This document shows, piece by piece, positions 50,247 to 61,310 of a DNA stretch of 64,000 bases; position 1 is the first letter of the stretch, and each line of letters begins with the position of its first letter. This stretch comes from Candidatus Latescibacterota bacterium. GTDB lineage: Bacteria > Latescibacterota > CBDEFO01. The notes under the pieces were generated by a model. That model was not told the DNA's origin and searched no databases. It worked only from the letters and a program-made list of their open reading frames with translations. Position numbers and translations under genes: made by a program. The DNA is taken from positions 160,001-224,000 of the forward strand of contig CBDEFO010000007.1 in the NCBI GenBank assembly GCA_965237525.1. Direction: 5' to 3'.

Positions 50247-52875
50247 ATGAATACTAAAGAGACTGAAAGACCTCGTACACACTCGATCCGATATTTGATA
50301 GATATATTGTTCAGAAGAAAATGGGTGATCTTGCTGTGCCTTTGCGGAGTGTTGGCTCCTATAGTTTATCACAATGAGATGTCCTTGCCTGTCTATCAAG
50401 CCAAGACGACTATTGTAGTTCAGGAGTCAAGGAGTCCTATACCCAGTTCGGCGGACTTATCCGAATCGATCTTTGGAAAAAAGACGTTCATAAGCAATCA
50501 GATTCAGGAGATCAAAAGCAGGACGCTTGCTGAAGAAGTCGTAAGGAATCTTCCTGAGGAAGTTAAGGAGAGCTTTCCTGAGCCCGATCCACTCCTTCGT
50601 TCGTTTAACTTCGACAGGTTCTTAGCATCACAGATCCGCAACAGCATCTCGGCTGATCAGATCAGGGAGGCAGATGTTATAAATATACAGGTGGAATCCT
50701 ACGATGCCGGAGCGTGCGCTGTAATCGCCAATACAGTGACAAAGGTGCTCCAAGATAGGAGCCTGGATGTAAATCGCGAAGCAGTTACCGAGGTTAGAAA
50801 GTTAATTGGGAAACAGTTGAAAGACTATAAAGAGCTCTTAGAGGCCGCTGAGGAGGATTTAAAGTCTTTTAAAGAGGAAAACAAAGTAGTCCTTCTGGAC
50901 GATGAGGCACGTGAGATATTAAGGAGAATAACCGAGGCTGAAAGGTTACATAGTGCTGTTATGTCGGAAAAGAAGGGAGTTTTAGCCGGTTTAGAGATAG
51001 TGGAGAAGAGACTATCACAGGAGAAGGATAAGATTATACCGTCGGCTACACAGGCGACGATCTTCTGGTCGAACGAACTGCAGGGAATGACTTCCTCATT
51101 GAACGAACTGAAGATGAAACTATTAGAACTTCAGACTTCGCGCGACAAATTGGAGATTGAGGGCTATTCTGAAGATCATCAGAAGATAAAAGAATTCGAT
51201 AAAGATATAGAAAGGGCTAAAACAAAGTTGGCTCAGGAGGCTTTAAAGATAATAGATCAGGAGAATATCTTGGATCCACTATCCCAGATGCAAGATCTAG
51301 CTGAGAGATCCGTCCAGATGAGCATAAACCTGGAGACATTGGATGCACGGTAAAAGGCGCTCAGGACGATAATTGATTCTTACGAGGATGGTCTCACCTC
51401 CCTGCCCAAGAAGGAATTGCAGTTGGCGCAATTGACAAGGAGTAAAGAGGTAAATAATAGTATATACATGATGCTACGTCGTAAGTACGAGGAAGCGCGA
51501 ATAAACGAAGCCGGTAAATTGGCAAATATAAGAGTGATCGATCCTGCGGAAGTCCCTTCTGGTCCTATAAGACCGAGGAAGGGACTTAATCTATTGATAG
51601 GTCTTATAGTCGGATCGATATTAGGACTTGGCCTGGCTCTATTCTTGGAGTCTCTGGATACTTCACTCAAGACTATAGAGGATGTGGAAAACTACGTCGA
51701 TCTTCCTATGATGGGATCTATTATGCTGATGAAGAATGTGGCCAACGGTAAGTCAAGAAGAAGACGCAAGGATGAACAGGATGCAGAAGTCACTAACATC
51801 GCTGAGCATCTGATCACAGCTTATAATCCCAATTCGCCCTATTCAGAGGGATATAGGACCATCAGGACGAATTTACAATTTTCGGGAGTGGACCGGCAAT
51901 TAAGAACGGTTTTAGTCACCAGCCCTGAGCCTCAAGATGGCAAGTCTATCACAACGGCGAATTTGGCTATAGCGGCTGCTCAGGTAGGTCTCAGGACGCT
52001 TGTTGTGGATACTGACTTGAGGCGGACCCGTAATTCACCATCTCTTCAACGTGGACAGGGAGCCAGGCATCACTAATATCTTGACCAAAAGCGCCGAGAT
52101 GGATGAGTCTATAAGACACACCGATATCGAGAACTTAGATCTTCTGCCCTGCGGTGTTCTGCCGCCCAATCCTTCGGAGATATTGGCTTCGCAGAGTATG
52201 AGAGACGTTTTGGAAGAACTTAAAAAGCGCTACGACGTTGTGTTTTTTGACTCCCCTCCAGCTATAGCTGTTACAGACGCTTCGGTTTTAGGGGCCCAGA
52301 CGGATGGTGTGTCCCTAGTTCTACGGTCTGGTAAGACAAGCGCGGAAGCAGCGCTGCGAGCGAAGACGCTTCTGGAGAACGGCCAGGCCAAGGTCATCGG
52401 AACGATTCTCAACGGTATAGACATAGAGCATACTTATGGAAAATATGGCTATTATTATTACCATTACTACTATTATTATTCGTCAGATGAGGATGGCGAC
52501 GGCCAGGTCAGGAAAGGTAAAAAGAGGGGGACGCATCGCCGCCAGAGTCGTTCGATCTGGAAATTGATAGTTCCGATCTTGGTTCTCCTCATAGTAGGCG
52601 GCATCTTGGCGAGAGAGAGCATACTGGAGTTTATAGGATCCGATATCCCTTATCTTAATTCCCTCTTGAGGGATAAAAAGGATGATTCTGGTGATGAGAC
52701 AATGTCATCTGATAGAGTAGGAAGAGACTTGTCGGGTGAGTCAGAGAGCGCCCAGACTGCCGGTTTAGATCTCCAAGATGTGAAAGGAGTTCCTGTTATA
52801 TCAGGCATAAACCAAAGCGCTTCACAGGAGAAAACACCCTCTCGGAGTGAACCCGATGGCTTGAATACTAAGTGA
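50247..52875 (+). pseudogene. wzc: Wzc-like polysaccharide co-polymerase/tyrosine autokinase with an in-frame TAA (51351) and a frameshift (~52030)
   Basis: RRKW-TM, coiled coil, VIDPAEVP, EGYRTIRTNL, Walker A EPQDGKS, DTDLRR, FDSPP and a Tyr cluster. Confidence 0.88.
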
Positions 52876-53128
52876 CGAATGTTGAGATTAGGTACTACGA
52901 GCTTGAGTTTAAGATCTGGACGGTTAGACGAACGTCTTTTTTTATTTGTAGGTGAGGAGTTGGCACCCATAGATTCAAGATACGTTTTGAAGGAATGGTT
53001 ATAGCAAAGATGAATAGTGCACTGGTGTCTAAATATCTAAAGATTACTATCTTACTGCTCTTGGGCTCCCCTTTACAAAAGCTACAGGTCAAGCTATAGT
53101 CAGCTTTTCAGAGAGTGGAGAATTAAGC

Positions 53129-53738
53129 TTGGGAATTATGGCGCGCGGGATGTTAGTTCCCCTGTTTTACCTTTCCTTGCTCATTTTCTTATTAAATGTT
53201 GACCTTGCGCAGTTGCTCTCCTCAGTCAAGAGATTTGACATCACTTTAGGCCATGTTCTTCTGGTCCTTCCACTGTCCTTTGCTGCTGGATATTTTTCCT
53301 TATGGATAGCCGTCTATGGAGCAACTTATGCTCTGTTGGCTATAATCGTGGTATTAGGGCTTTTGGGATCGCTCTTTCTCTTAGTAGCTCGAGATGACGT
53401 ATATGGTCTGTCACTTGCTTTTGTAACTCTCCCCTTTCTCAGCTTCTTAGAGTGGGATCTTATTCGGAATACTCCTTTGGGAGGTGGAGCGTGGGGACCG
53501 ATCTTTATTACACCTTCTGTTGTCTATATTTGGCTTGTATTTCTTGCTTGGGCGGTGGGAAGGACCATTCGCCAGCAGGGCATAGTTAGAACCGCTCTGG
53601 ATAAGTACACAGCCTTTTGGGCTTTCTTTCTGCTCGTATCCTCACTGCTTTCGGGTGATACCAACAGGAACTTACAGGCTTGCTATTTAACTTTTCTAGG
53701 AGTCCTGTACTTTTTTATCGTGGTGGGTACAGCACGCA
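53129..53738 (+). pseudogene. Polytopic membrane protein (O-antigen ligase/polymerase-like), 3'-truncated by IS3
   Basis: Continuous hydrophobic helices cut at the IS end. The function is inferred from locus context only. Confidence 0.55.
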
Positions 53739-53802
53739 CATACCGCTCCCCTTGACAGAGCGAAAATATTTCGCAAATTGGGGTTTGAGAAAGGAGGTCA
53801 AA

Positions 53803-54114
53803 GTGTCAAGCCCCGAAGTGAAAGATGGTAAGTGCTGGACGGTGACCCGTAAGGCAGAGGTCGTGTTGGCTCTTTTGAGAGGAGCGGATGTAGCAGAGGT
53901 GTGTCGGAAGAATGGAATTAGCCAGTCGCAGGCATATGCTTGGCGTGATAGTTTCTTAGAAGGAGGCCAGGAGAGTCTGAAGTCTCGGCGTGGTCGCAAG
54001 GATCCGAAGGAGCGGGAGGTCAGCCGTTTGGAGCGCAAGGTAGGGCAGTTGACGCTCCTGTTGGAGATACTCCAGGAAGTAGCCCGTCTAAAAAAAACGA
54101 AGCGATTGCCTTGA
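53803..54114 (+). CDS. IS3 OrfA
   Basis: HTH VAEVCRKNGISQSQAYAWR and coiled coil LERKVGQL. Confidence 0.88.
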   Translation: MSSPEVKDGKCWTVTRKAEVVLALLRGADVAEVCRKNGISQSQAYAWRDSFLEGGQESLKSRRGRKDPKEREVSRLERKVGQLTLLLEILQEVARLKKTKRLP

Positions 54115-54974
54115 GTGGACGGTTTTTGGGTCGAGGCTATTCGTACGGGGTGATGGCCTTGGCTTTGGGTTTGCATCGTTCGACTCTGTATAGGCTTAGG
54201 GATAGAGGTGTCAGTTCTTCTGTCAAAGAGCCTGTGATAGATGGAGAGCTTGCTTTTCGTATTCGAGGGATACTGGACAGAGAAGAAGCGTTTGGTCACA
54301 GGCGGGTTTGGGCGCATCTTCGTTTCAAGGAAGGGGCACGTGTCAACATCAAGAAGGTTCATAGGATAATGAAGCTTAAGGGGTGGCAGTGTAAGCTGTG
54401 GAATCGTCCCGGCAGAAAGGGGCCTCAGGTTGTCCAGAAGCGTTCTGTAGTAGATCGTCCTGACAGTCTCTGGTCGGCTGACTTGACCAGGATCTATTGT
54501 GGGCAAGACGGTTGGTGTCCTCTTATTACGGTGGTGGACAACGGGAGTCGGGAGGTTCCCGGGTATCGTTTTAGTCGAAGAGGGAGGGCACTGGAGGCCA
54601 CAGATGCCTTGGATCGGGCCGTGATCTCTCGATACACCTCCAAAGAGGCTGTCCCCCAGGGTCTCACTTTGCGCTCTGACAATGGTTCCATCTTTTTGGC
54701 TCGGGCCTACTTGGCCAGTACCGAATATTGGGGAATTCGCCAGGAGTACATACCAAGTGGTAAGCCCGATTGGAACGGTGTTGTAGAGCGTTTTTTCAGG
54801 ACCCTTAAGCAAGAGTGTGTTTGGCTTCACAATTTTGAATCCTTTGAACAGGCTGAGAAGATCATATCTCAGTGGATCGATAATTACAACAAGAACCGGC
54901 TTCATTCATCCCTGGGATATAAGACCCCAGAAGGGTGGAGAAAACAATTCTATCTACTACCCCAGGTTGCTTAA
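54111..54974 (+). CDS. IS3 OrfB (DDE integrase core)
   Basis: WSADLT, RSDNGS, NGVVERFFRTLKQE and RLHSSLGYKTP. Confidence 0.92.
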   Translation: MSGRFLGRGYSYGVMALALGLHRSTLYRLRDRGVSSSVKEPVIDGELAFRIRGILDREEAFGHRRVWAHLRFKEGARVNIKKVHRIMKLKGWQCKLWNRPGRKGPQVVQKRSVVDRPDSLWSADLTRIYCGQDGWCPLITVVDNGSREVPGYRFSRRGRALEATDALDRAVISRYTSKEAVPQGLTLRSDNGSIFLARAYLASTEYWGIRQEYIPSGKPDWNGVVERFFRTLKQECVWLHNFESFEQAEKIISQWIDNYNKNRLHSSLGYKTPEGWRKQFYLLPQVA

Positions 54975-55003
54975 TTGATGTCGCTTTCCAGGGGGGCAGT
55001 ACA

Positions 55004-55984
55004 GTTCTGGTAGAGGAATTATTGAAGAGCGGAAAGAAAGTCAGGGTCTTTGACAAGCTCTATTTCGGTAAGAAAGCTTTAAGCGGCATCATAGATGAGA
55101 TCGAACTTGTGCAGGGAGATATACAGAGCTTCGATCCTTCTATTTTAGACGGAATAGAGGCTGTTGTACACCTTGCGGGACTTTCTAACGACCCTACGGC
55201 TGAGTTCAACCCTCCTGCCAATATGGCAATGAACGCCCTGGGGACAGGCAATCTTGCGAGAATGTGCAAAGAAAAGGGAATAAGAAGGTTTACGTACGCG
55301 TCGAGCTGTTCAATCTACGACAGGGGCTTGGAGGCTGAGGATATCCTGCAGGATGAGACAGCGGAGGTGACCCCTATAGCGGCTTACGCAGTGTCGAAAT
55401 ACAAGGGAGAACGGGCTCTTTTGGAGTTGACGGATGAGGGTTTTTGCCCCGTGATATTGCGCCAGGGTACTGTCTACGGCTTCAGTCCTCGGATGAGATA
55501 CGATCTCGTAGTAAATACGTTTGTAAAGAGCGCTCTTCTAAACGGTAACTTGACCGTGTTCTGCGGAGGACAGATATGGCGTCCCTTAGTGGATGTGGTG
55601 GATGTGGCCAAGGCTCATATAGCGTGTCTGGAGGCGGATGAGAGCACGGTAAAAGGAAATATTTTCAACGTCTCTTACGACAACTATAAGATTTTGGACC
55701 TGGCTTATGAGGTGAGAGACGCTCTGGAGGGGATAGATGTGGAAATCCAGGTGGATCAAAGCAAAAGAAGAGATAGGAGCTACAGGGCCTCCACAGACAA
55801 GATTGAAAGGGTCTTGGGATTTAAGCATTCTGTATCTGTCGCTGAGTCCGTGGCTAGGATGGCGGAGAGGATTAGAGAGTGTGGTTATACGGACTTTTCG
55901 CATCCAAGGTACTATAACATAAACTGGATGATGCTCTTGACTGAGGTTGAGAGCAATCTCAAGAAGATGGGCGCGGTGTTTTAA
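55004..55984 (+). pseudogene. NAD-dependent epimerase/dehydratase, 5'-truncated by IS3
   Basis: HLAGLSNDP, YAVSK and RYDLVVN. The GxxGxxG start is missing and the native frame begins VLVEELL at the IS boundary. Confidence 0.85.
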
Positions 55985-56007
55985 GTTTAAGATAGGAAGG
56001 CGTCTTT

Positions 56008-57798
56008 TTGTTCATACTCGGTATCTCCTGTTTCTACCACGATGCTGCCGCTGCTATCTTAAAGGACGGTCAGCTCATAGCGGCTGCTGAGGAGGAGAGG
56101 TTTTCAAGGAAGAAGCACGACTTTGGATTCCCGATCAACGCTATAGAGTTCTGTCTGAGAACCGCGGGAATTACGGCGGATGACTTAGACTACGTCGTCT
56201 TCTACGAGAAGCCCTTCGTCAAGTTCGAACGCATATTGATGACCGTATTCCAGACCTTTCCCAAATCGTGGAAGGTCTTTCGTGAGGCGATGGTTACGTG
56301 GCTTTTGGACAAACTCTGGGTAAAGGGGATCCTGAAGGACAAGGTGAATGTGAGCTCAGAAAAGGTGCTATTTGCTGAGCACCATCTTTCGCACGCTGCG
56401 AGCGCCTTTCTGTGTTCCCCTTTCGACGAGGCTGCTATCCTGACGATCGACGGCGTTGGGGAGTGGACAACCACGACCATGGGCAAAGGGGTCGGGACGG
56501 ATATTACGGTTATAAAGGAGGTTCATTTTCCTCATTCATTAGGTCTGTTATACAGTGCTTTTACAGCTTTCTTGGGGTTTGAGGTGAATGAGGGGGAATA
56601 TAAGGTTATGGGTATGGCTCCTTACGGGCAGCCTAAGTACTTGGAAAAGGTTCATAGACTCATAGAACTATATTGCGATGGAAGTTTCGAACTGGATATG
56701 GATTATTTCTGCTATCACTATTCCACCGAAAAGACATATAATTCAAAGTTCACATATCTTTTTGGAACCCCCAGAGACCCCAAATCCAATTTTTTCACGC
56801 CTTCTACGGGCTATCCCTCCTACTTCGGAGAGAAACCGCAGAACTATGACGAGGCGGGCAGAGAGAATCAGTACTATGCTGATATAGCGGCGAGCATTCA
56901 GGCCGTTACCGAAGAGGCCGTTTTGAAGATGGCAAACTGTTTGCACGAGGAGACAAGGAGTACAAGACTGTGTATGGCGGGAGGTGTGGCCTTAAACAGC
57001 GTAGCCAACGGGAAAATATTGAAAGATACTCCGTTTGAGGAGCTATACATACATCCCGCCGCGGGGGACGGAGGAGGCGCTGTGGGGGCTGCTCTTTACG
57101 CCTATCACTGTCTTTTGGGAAAGCCAAGGGAGTTTATAATGGAGCATGCTTTTTGGGGAGAGGATTACGGCGAGGACAAGATCAAGAGCTTTCTTGAAGG
57201 GAACGGTACAAGTTATGAGTATGTGGAAGACGATGAGATCCTGTTCGACAGGATGGTGGATCATCTCCAGGACGGGAAGGTTATAGGATGGTTTCAGGGC
57301 AGATTCGAGTGGGGACCGAGGGCCCTGGGCAACAGGAGCATCTTAGCAGACCCAAGAAAGGCCGAGATGAAGGATATCGTGAACACCAAGATCAAGTTTC
57401 GGGAGCCCTTCAGACCGTTTGCACCTTCTGTTTTAGTGGAGAGGACCGAGGAGTTTTTCGATCTTCCACAAGCTGATAAGCACTACCCTGCAAGGTTTAT
57501 GTTGTACGTAGTGGATGTTAAGGAGGATAAACGAGATGTGATTCCGGCTATAACCCACGTTGACGGATCAGGCAGGCTCCAGACCGTGGTAAAGGAGACC
57601 AATCCGAGGTACTACAGACTGATAGAGAAGTTCGGCCAGGCTACAGGCGTTCCTTTGGTGCTGAATACCTCTTTTAACCTTAAGGGCGAGCCCATAGTCA
57701 ACACGCCCCAGGATGCGTTTAATACGTTTATGTCAAGCGGCATGGATGTCTTGATATTGGATAGGTTTGTGATAGAAAAAGAAGGTGAGGAGACATGA
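56008..57798 (+). CDS. Carbamoyltransferase (NodU/CmcH family)
   Basis: YHDAAA, EEERFSRKKH, EHHLSHA, GEYKVMG, GPRALGNRS and LNTSFN. Confidence 0.95.
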   Translation: MFILGISCFYHDAAAAILKDGQLIAAAEEERFSRKKHDFGFPINAIEFCLRTAGITADDLDYVVFYEKPFVKFERILMTVFQTFPKSWKVFREAMVTWLLDKLWVKGILKDKVNVSSEKVLFAEHHLSHAASAFLCSPFDEAAILTIDGVGEWTTTTMGKGVGTDITVIKEVHFPHSLGLLYSAFTAFLGFEVNEGEYKVMGMAPYGQPKYLEKVHRLIELYCDGSFELDMDYFCYHYSTEKTYNSKFTYLFGTPRDPKSNFFTPSTGYPSYFGEKPQNYDEAGRENQYYADIAASIQAVTEEAVLKMANCLHEETRSTRLCMAGGVALNSVANGKILKDTPFEELYIHPAAGDGGGAVGAALYAYHCLLGKPREFIMEHAFWGEDYGEDKIKSFLEGNGTSYEYVEDDEILFDRMVDHLQDGKVIGWFQGRFEWGPRALGNRSILADPRKAEMKDIVNTKIKFREPFRPFAPSVLVERTEEFFDLPQADKHYPARFMLYVVDVKEDKRDVIPAITHVDGSGRLQTVVKETNPRYYRLIEKFGQATGVPLVLNTSFNLKGEPIVNTPQDAFNTFMSSGMDVLILDRFVIEKEGEET

Positions 57799-57974
57799 GG
57801 GCTGTTAAGAATTTCCTTGGCAAGTTTCCGATAGCCGGGGAGCTTTTGGTCTTTTTCTGGAAGCGGAAGCTCTGGTGGTTGATTCCGATGATGGTCGTAC
57901 TCCTGGCGTTCGGCCTTTTGATGGTGTTCGCTCAGGGGACAGCTATCGCTCCGTTCGTATATACTCTATTTTAG
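57795..57974 (+). CDS. DUF5989-like small membrane protein (59 aa)
   Basis: RKLWWLIPMMVVLL...AIAPFVYTLF*, a typical companion of NodU-type genes. Below the ORF track cutoff. Confidence 0.85.
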   Translation: MRAVKNFLGKFPIAGELLVFFWKRKLWWLIPMMVVLLAFGLLMVFAQGTAIAPFVYTLF

Positions 57975-57992
57975 TCGAGACGGCGAACATAA

Positions 57993-58871
57993 ATGCGTGT
58001 AGCGCTTATTGGAGCCAACGGACAGTTGGGCTGTGATATTACGAGGGTCTTGAACGGTAGTGATCTGATCTCTTTGGCTCATTCGGATATCGAGATTACG
58101 GACTTCAAGCTTATGGCCGATGTGCTGTCTGAGCATAAACCAGACATAGTTATCAACACCGCGGCTTATCACAGGGTAGATGACTGCGAAACAAATCTGG
58201 AGAAGGCTTTCTCTGTGAACGCCCTTGGGGCAAGAAATCTTGCCCTCTACTCTAAAGAGAATAAAATTTGTCTTATGCACATCAGCACAGATTACGTGTT
58301 CGATGGAAAGAAGACTTCACCCTATGTTGAGTCTGACCTTCCCGATCCGCTGAATGCTTACGGAGTGTCGAAACTTGCGGGGGAGCATTTCGTAAGGAGC
58401 ATTACGGATGAGCATTTCATAGTCAGGACGTCGGGTCTCTATGGGATTCACAAGTGCAGGGCAAAGGGCGGGAACTTCATTGATACTATGGTCAAGTTAT
58501 CCCAAGAGCAGGATGTTATAAGGGTGGTAGACGATGAGGTTCTGACTCCGACTTACACTTTAGATGTGGCTTATCAGATACGGGAATTGATAGAAACAGG
58601 CGCTTATGGGACCTATCACATAACTAATCAGGACCAGTGTTCCTGGTACGAGTTTGCAAGTAAGATATTCGAGCTTATGGATATCCAAGTGAATCTTGAA
58701 AGAATCACAGCAGATGAGTTCAGGAGTCCTGCCAGGCGTCCCTCCTATTCTGTGCTTGAGAATAAGGCTTTGAAGGACATAGGGATAGATAGAATGAGAG
58801 ATTGGGATGACGCATTAAATGCGTATTTGCAGAAAAGGGCGAAACGGAGCCAAGATGGATACGGAGGTTAG
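57993..58871 (+). CDS. rfbD: dTDP-4-dehydrorhamnose reductase
   Basis: GANGQLG, STDYVFDG, YGVSKLAGE and ARRP. Confidence 0.93.
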   Translation: MRVALIGANGQLGCDITRVLNGSDLISLAHSDIEITDFKLMADVLSEHKPDIVINTAAYHRVDDCETNLEKAFSVNALGARNLALYSKENKICLMHISTDYVFDGKKTSPYVESDLPDPLNAYGVSKLAGEHFVRSITDEHFIVRTSGLYGIHKCRAKGGNFIDTMVKLSQEQDVIRVVDDEVLTPTYTLDVAYQIRELIETGAYGTYHITNQDQCSWYEFASKIFELMDIQVNLERITADEFRSPARRPSYSVLENKALKDIGIDRMRDWDDALNAYLQKRAKRSQDGYGG

Positions 58872-59793
58872 CATTTTCGTGCTCAACTACAACGGTGAAG
58901 ATCTCTTAGAGGAATATCTTCCCTCTGTAGTAGAAGCTGTGAAGTACGATGGCAACGGGCACGAGATAGTCGTTGTAGATAATGTCAGTACGGATGACAG
59001 CGTGGAATTTGTGGAGAGGAACTTCCCCCAGGTTGAAGTCAGAAAGATGGAGACGAATAGACTCCTCTTTACTTATAATCAGGTTCTAAAAGAGTGCAAG
59101 AACGATTATGTAATCCTTTTGAACAGTGACATAAAGGTAGTAGAACCTGACTTTGTGCGTCCTCTTTTAAGACATTTTTCGGACCCTCATATCTTTGCTG
59201 TTGTACCAAAGGTCCTATCCGATCATCCTTCAGAGGAGTACCTTTACAGGTGTCCCGGAGTCTTTTCACGGGGTATTTTATGGACAGGGAGATGGAAGAA
59301 GTTGCCGGGGAGGGGATTTACACTCTTTGCGCACGGGGGAGCGGCCACCTACGACAGAAGAAAGTTTTTGGAACTCGGTGGATTCAATGATATTTACTAC
59401 CCTGGGTATGGTGAAGATATGGATATTTCCTATTTAGCGTGGATGAGGGGATGGAAGATTATCTTTGAACCCCAAAGCGTGGTGTTTCACAGGGGAGGCG
59501 CTACGTTCAAAAGGACTTATAAAGATGATATGATGGAGCGGCATAAACAAAAGGTGTGGATGCTTTTTGTCCTTAAGAATATATCTGATCGTAGAATGCT
59601 CGCTGATTTCTTCTTGTGGTCTGTGATTAGATTTTTCAAATACTTCTTGGGTTTTGATCTATGTAGAGCAAAGGCTTACAAAGATGTTATGAAGATGGCA
59701 TTTCGTATTTTAAGGTCCAGGAGAAAGACCAAAATATTCAGGTGGGTTTCCGACAGAGATATTTTTGAAACGATAAGACAGAATCATTTATAG
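58855..59793 (+). CDS. Glycosyltransferase family 2
   Basis: LNYNG, VVDN, LLNSD and EDMD. Confidence 0.9.
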   Translation: MDTEVSIFVLNYNGEDLLEEYLPSVVEAVKYDGNGHEIVVVDNVSTDDSVEFVERNFPQVEVRKMETNRLLFTYNQVLKECKNDYVILLNSDIKVVEPDFVRPLLRHFSDPHIFAVVPKVLSDHPSEEYLYRCPGVFSRGILWTGRWKKLPGRGFTLFAHGGAATYDRRKFLELGGFNDIYYPGYGEDMDISYLAWMRGWKIIFEPQSVVFHRGGATFKRTYKDDMMERHKQKVWMLFVLKNISDRRMLADFFLWSVIRFFKYFLGFDLCRAKAYKDVMKMAFRILRSRRKTKIFRWVSDRDIFETIRQNHL

Positions 59794-59886
59794 TCTTTTG
59801 AGGGGATAACAATAAATGTCTATTGAGTTTACCTCTTTGTGTCCTGGGGGAGCCTCATAGACGAAAAAAAGAGTAAGAGTTGAAGA

Positions 59887-61152
59887 ATGCCTAATGATAT
59901 TTCAATAGTCATATACCTCACAGCTGAATGGGAAACGTTTCATCGGCGTCCGATGATAGAAGCCATGGCGCGCAATCTTTTGAGCGTAGGTAGGATATTG
60001 TGCGTGAATCCTGTTATAAATCCGATCACTGCCTTGCTGCGCGGCGATAGGAGAAGTGCTATACAGACCGTAACTGACGGGGGTATTCAAAAGATCAGTG
60101 AGAATCTATATGTGGTGCATCAGCACGCTCCTTTCTATTCTACATTGGCCAGGTTCTTCGAGCTTTCGAACCACATCCGTAATATACTATCGACGCAGAT
60201 AAGGAAGGCGTTAGAGGTCATAGGAGCATCATCAGCAGATAAACAAATAGCCTGGCTTTATAGGCCGGAACAGATAGGTAATATCGGTTTGATAGATGAA
60301 ACTCACGTTCTTTATGAGTGCTACGATGAATATTGCTACACGATTGTGGATTACAAGCCCAAGCCATCTGTTATAGAGCAGGAGAAGCTTCTGCTACAAC
60401 AGGCGGATATTGTGTTCACTACATCAAAGGCTCTGTACGAATCGAGGAGAAGATTGCATTCGAACGTGCATCTTGTTCCAAATGGTGTAGATTTTGAGCA
60501 TTTCGCGTCGACTCTGAATGCTAGGAAATCCCCTCCGCAGGACATTTTGGACATCAGAAAGCCGATTATCGGTTACGTCGGAAATTTTAGGAGCTGGCTA
60601 GATTTTGATGTTTTGTTGGATATTGTTGATAATCCAGAATGGTCATTTGTACTTATCGGGGACATACTATACGATGACCCGAAGGGGGATTTAAAGTCCA
60701 CTCTCAATTGCCTCAAAAAGCGTAGTAATTTCTATCATTTAGGATGGAAAAAGCGCAGTCAGCTCCCTGCTTATCTTGACGCTATGGATGTGGCCGTGAT
60801 ACCCTTCATCGTCAACGATTTCTTTAAAAGTGTTCATCCTCTCAAACTATGGGAATACCTTGCGGCTGGAAGACCTGTGATCTCGACGAACATCAGTAGT
60901 GAGGTCTGGGAGTTAAGAGAGGTTGTTCTAGTGGCTCATAATAGGGATGAATTCCTCCGGTTTATTGATTATGCTCTCAAGAAGGATGTAAGGGAGCGAA
61001 TCGCTAAGGGCGTTGAAATAGCACGACAAAATAGCTGGGACAGGATTACAAAGGATGCTGTTGACATAATACAACGGGCTGTAAATTCAACCGGAAGAGG
61101 TTTGAACAGGCTTCGGATTACAGATGATAAAGGAAACGCTATTAGTGACTGA
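59887..61152 (+). CDS. Glycosyltransferase (GT-B, TuaH-like)
   Basis: YECYD, PNGVD, IGYVG and PLKLWEYLAAGRPV. Confidence 0.9.
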   Translation: MPNDISIVIYLTAEWETFHRRPMIEAMARNLLSVGRILCVNPVINPITALLRGDRRSAIQTVTDGGIQKISENLYVVHQHAPFYSTLARFFELSNHIRNILSTQIRKALEVIGASSADKQIAWLYRPEQIGNIGLIDETHVLYECYDEYCYTIVDYKPKPSVIEQEKLLLQQADIVFTTSKALYESRRRLHSNVHLVPNGVDFEHFASTLNARKSPPQDILDIRKPIIGYVGNFRSWLDFDVLLDIVDNPEWSFVLIGDILYDDPKGDLKSTLNCLKKRSNFYHLGWKKRSQLPAYLDAMDVAVIPFIVNDFFKSVHPLKLWEYLAAGRPVISTNISSEVWELREVVLVAHNRDEFLRFIDYALKKDVRERIAKGVEIARQNSWDRITKDAVDIIQRAVNSTGRGLNRLRITDDKGNAISD

Positions 61153-61289
61153 ATTACGCCATGTTTCGTGCTCCGTCTGCGGTTCCTCTGAGAAACGAAC
61201 CGTCGGTAAACCGTGTTATGTCTCGCCAGTACCTAAGCATCTAATATCGCGCTATGATGGGGCACTTGTAGCATTCCAACGGGATTAGC
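61145..61289 (+). pseudogene. Remnant of a zinc-ribbon methyltransferase N-terminus
   Basis: A GTG overlapping the previous stop gives MTELRHVSCSVCGS, then an early stop. Confidence 0.35.
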
Positions 61290-61310
61290 AACACTGAATT
61301 ATCATTAGAG

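Larger units (their letters stand above)
53739..55003 (+). mobile_element. IS3-family insertion sequence
   Basis: Imperfect IRs CATACCGCTCCCCTTGA.. and ..TCCAGGGGGGCAGTACA; orfA/orfB with an A8 slippery run at 54090-54097; no target duplication. Confidence 0.88.

Noticed and set aside
54935..55003. Track start of the epimerase ORF
   Set aside because: These codons lie inside the IS3 end and are not native sequence.
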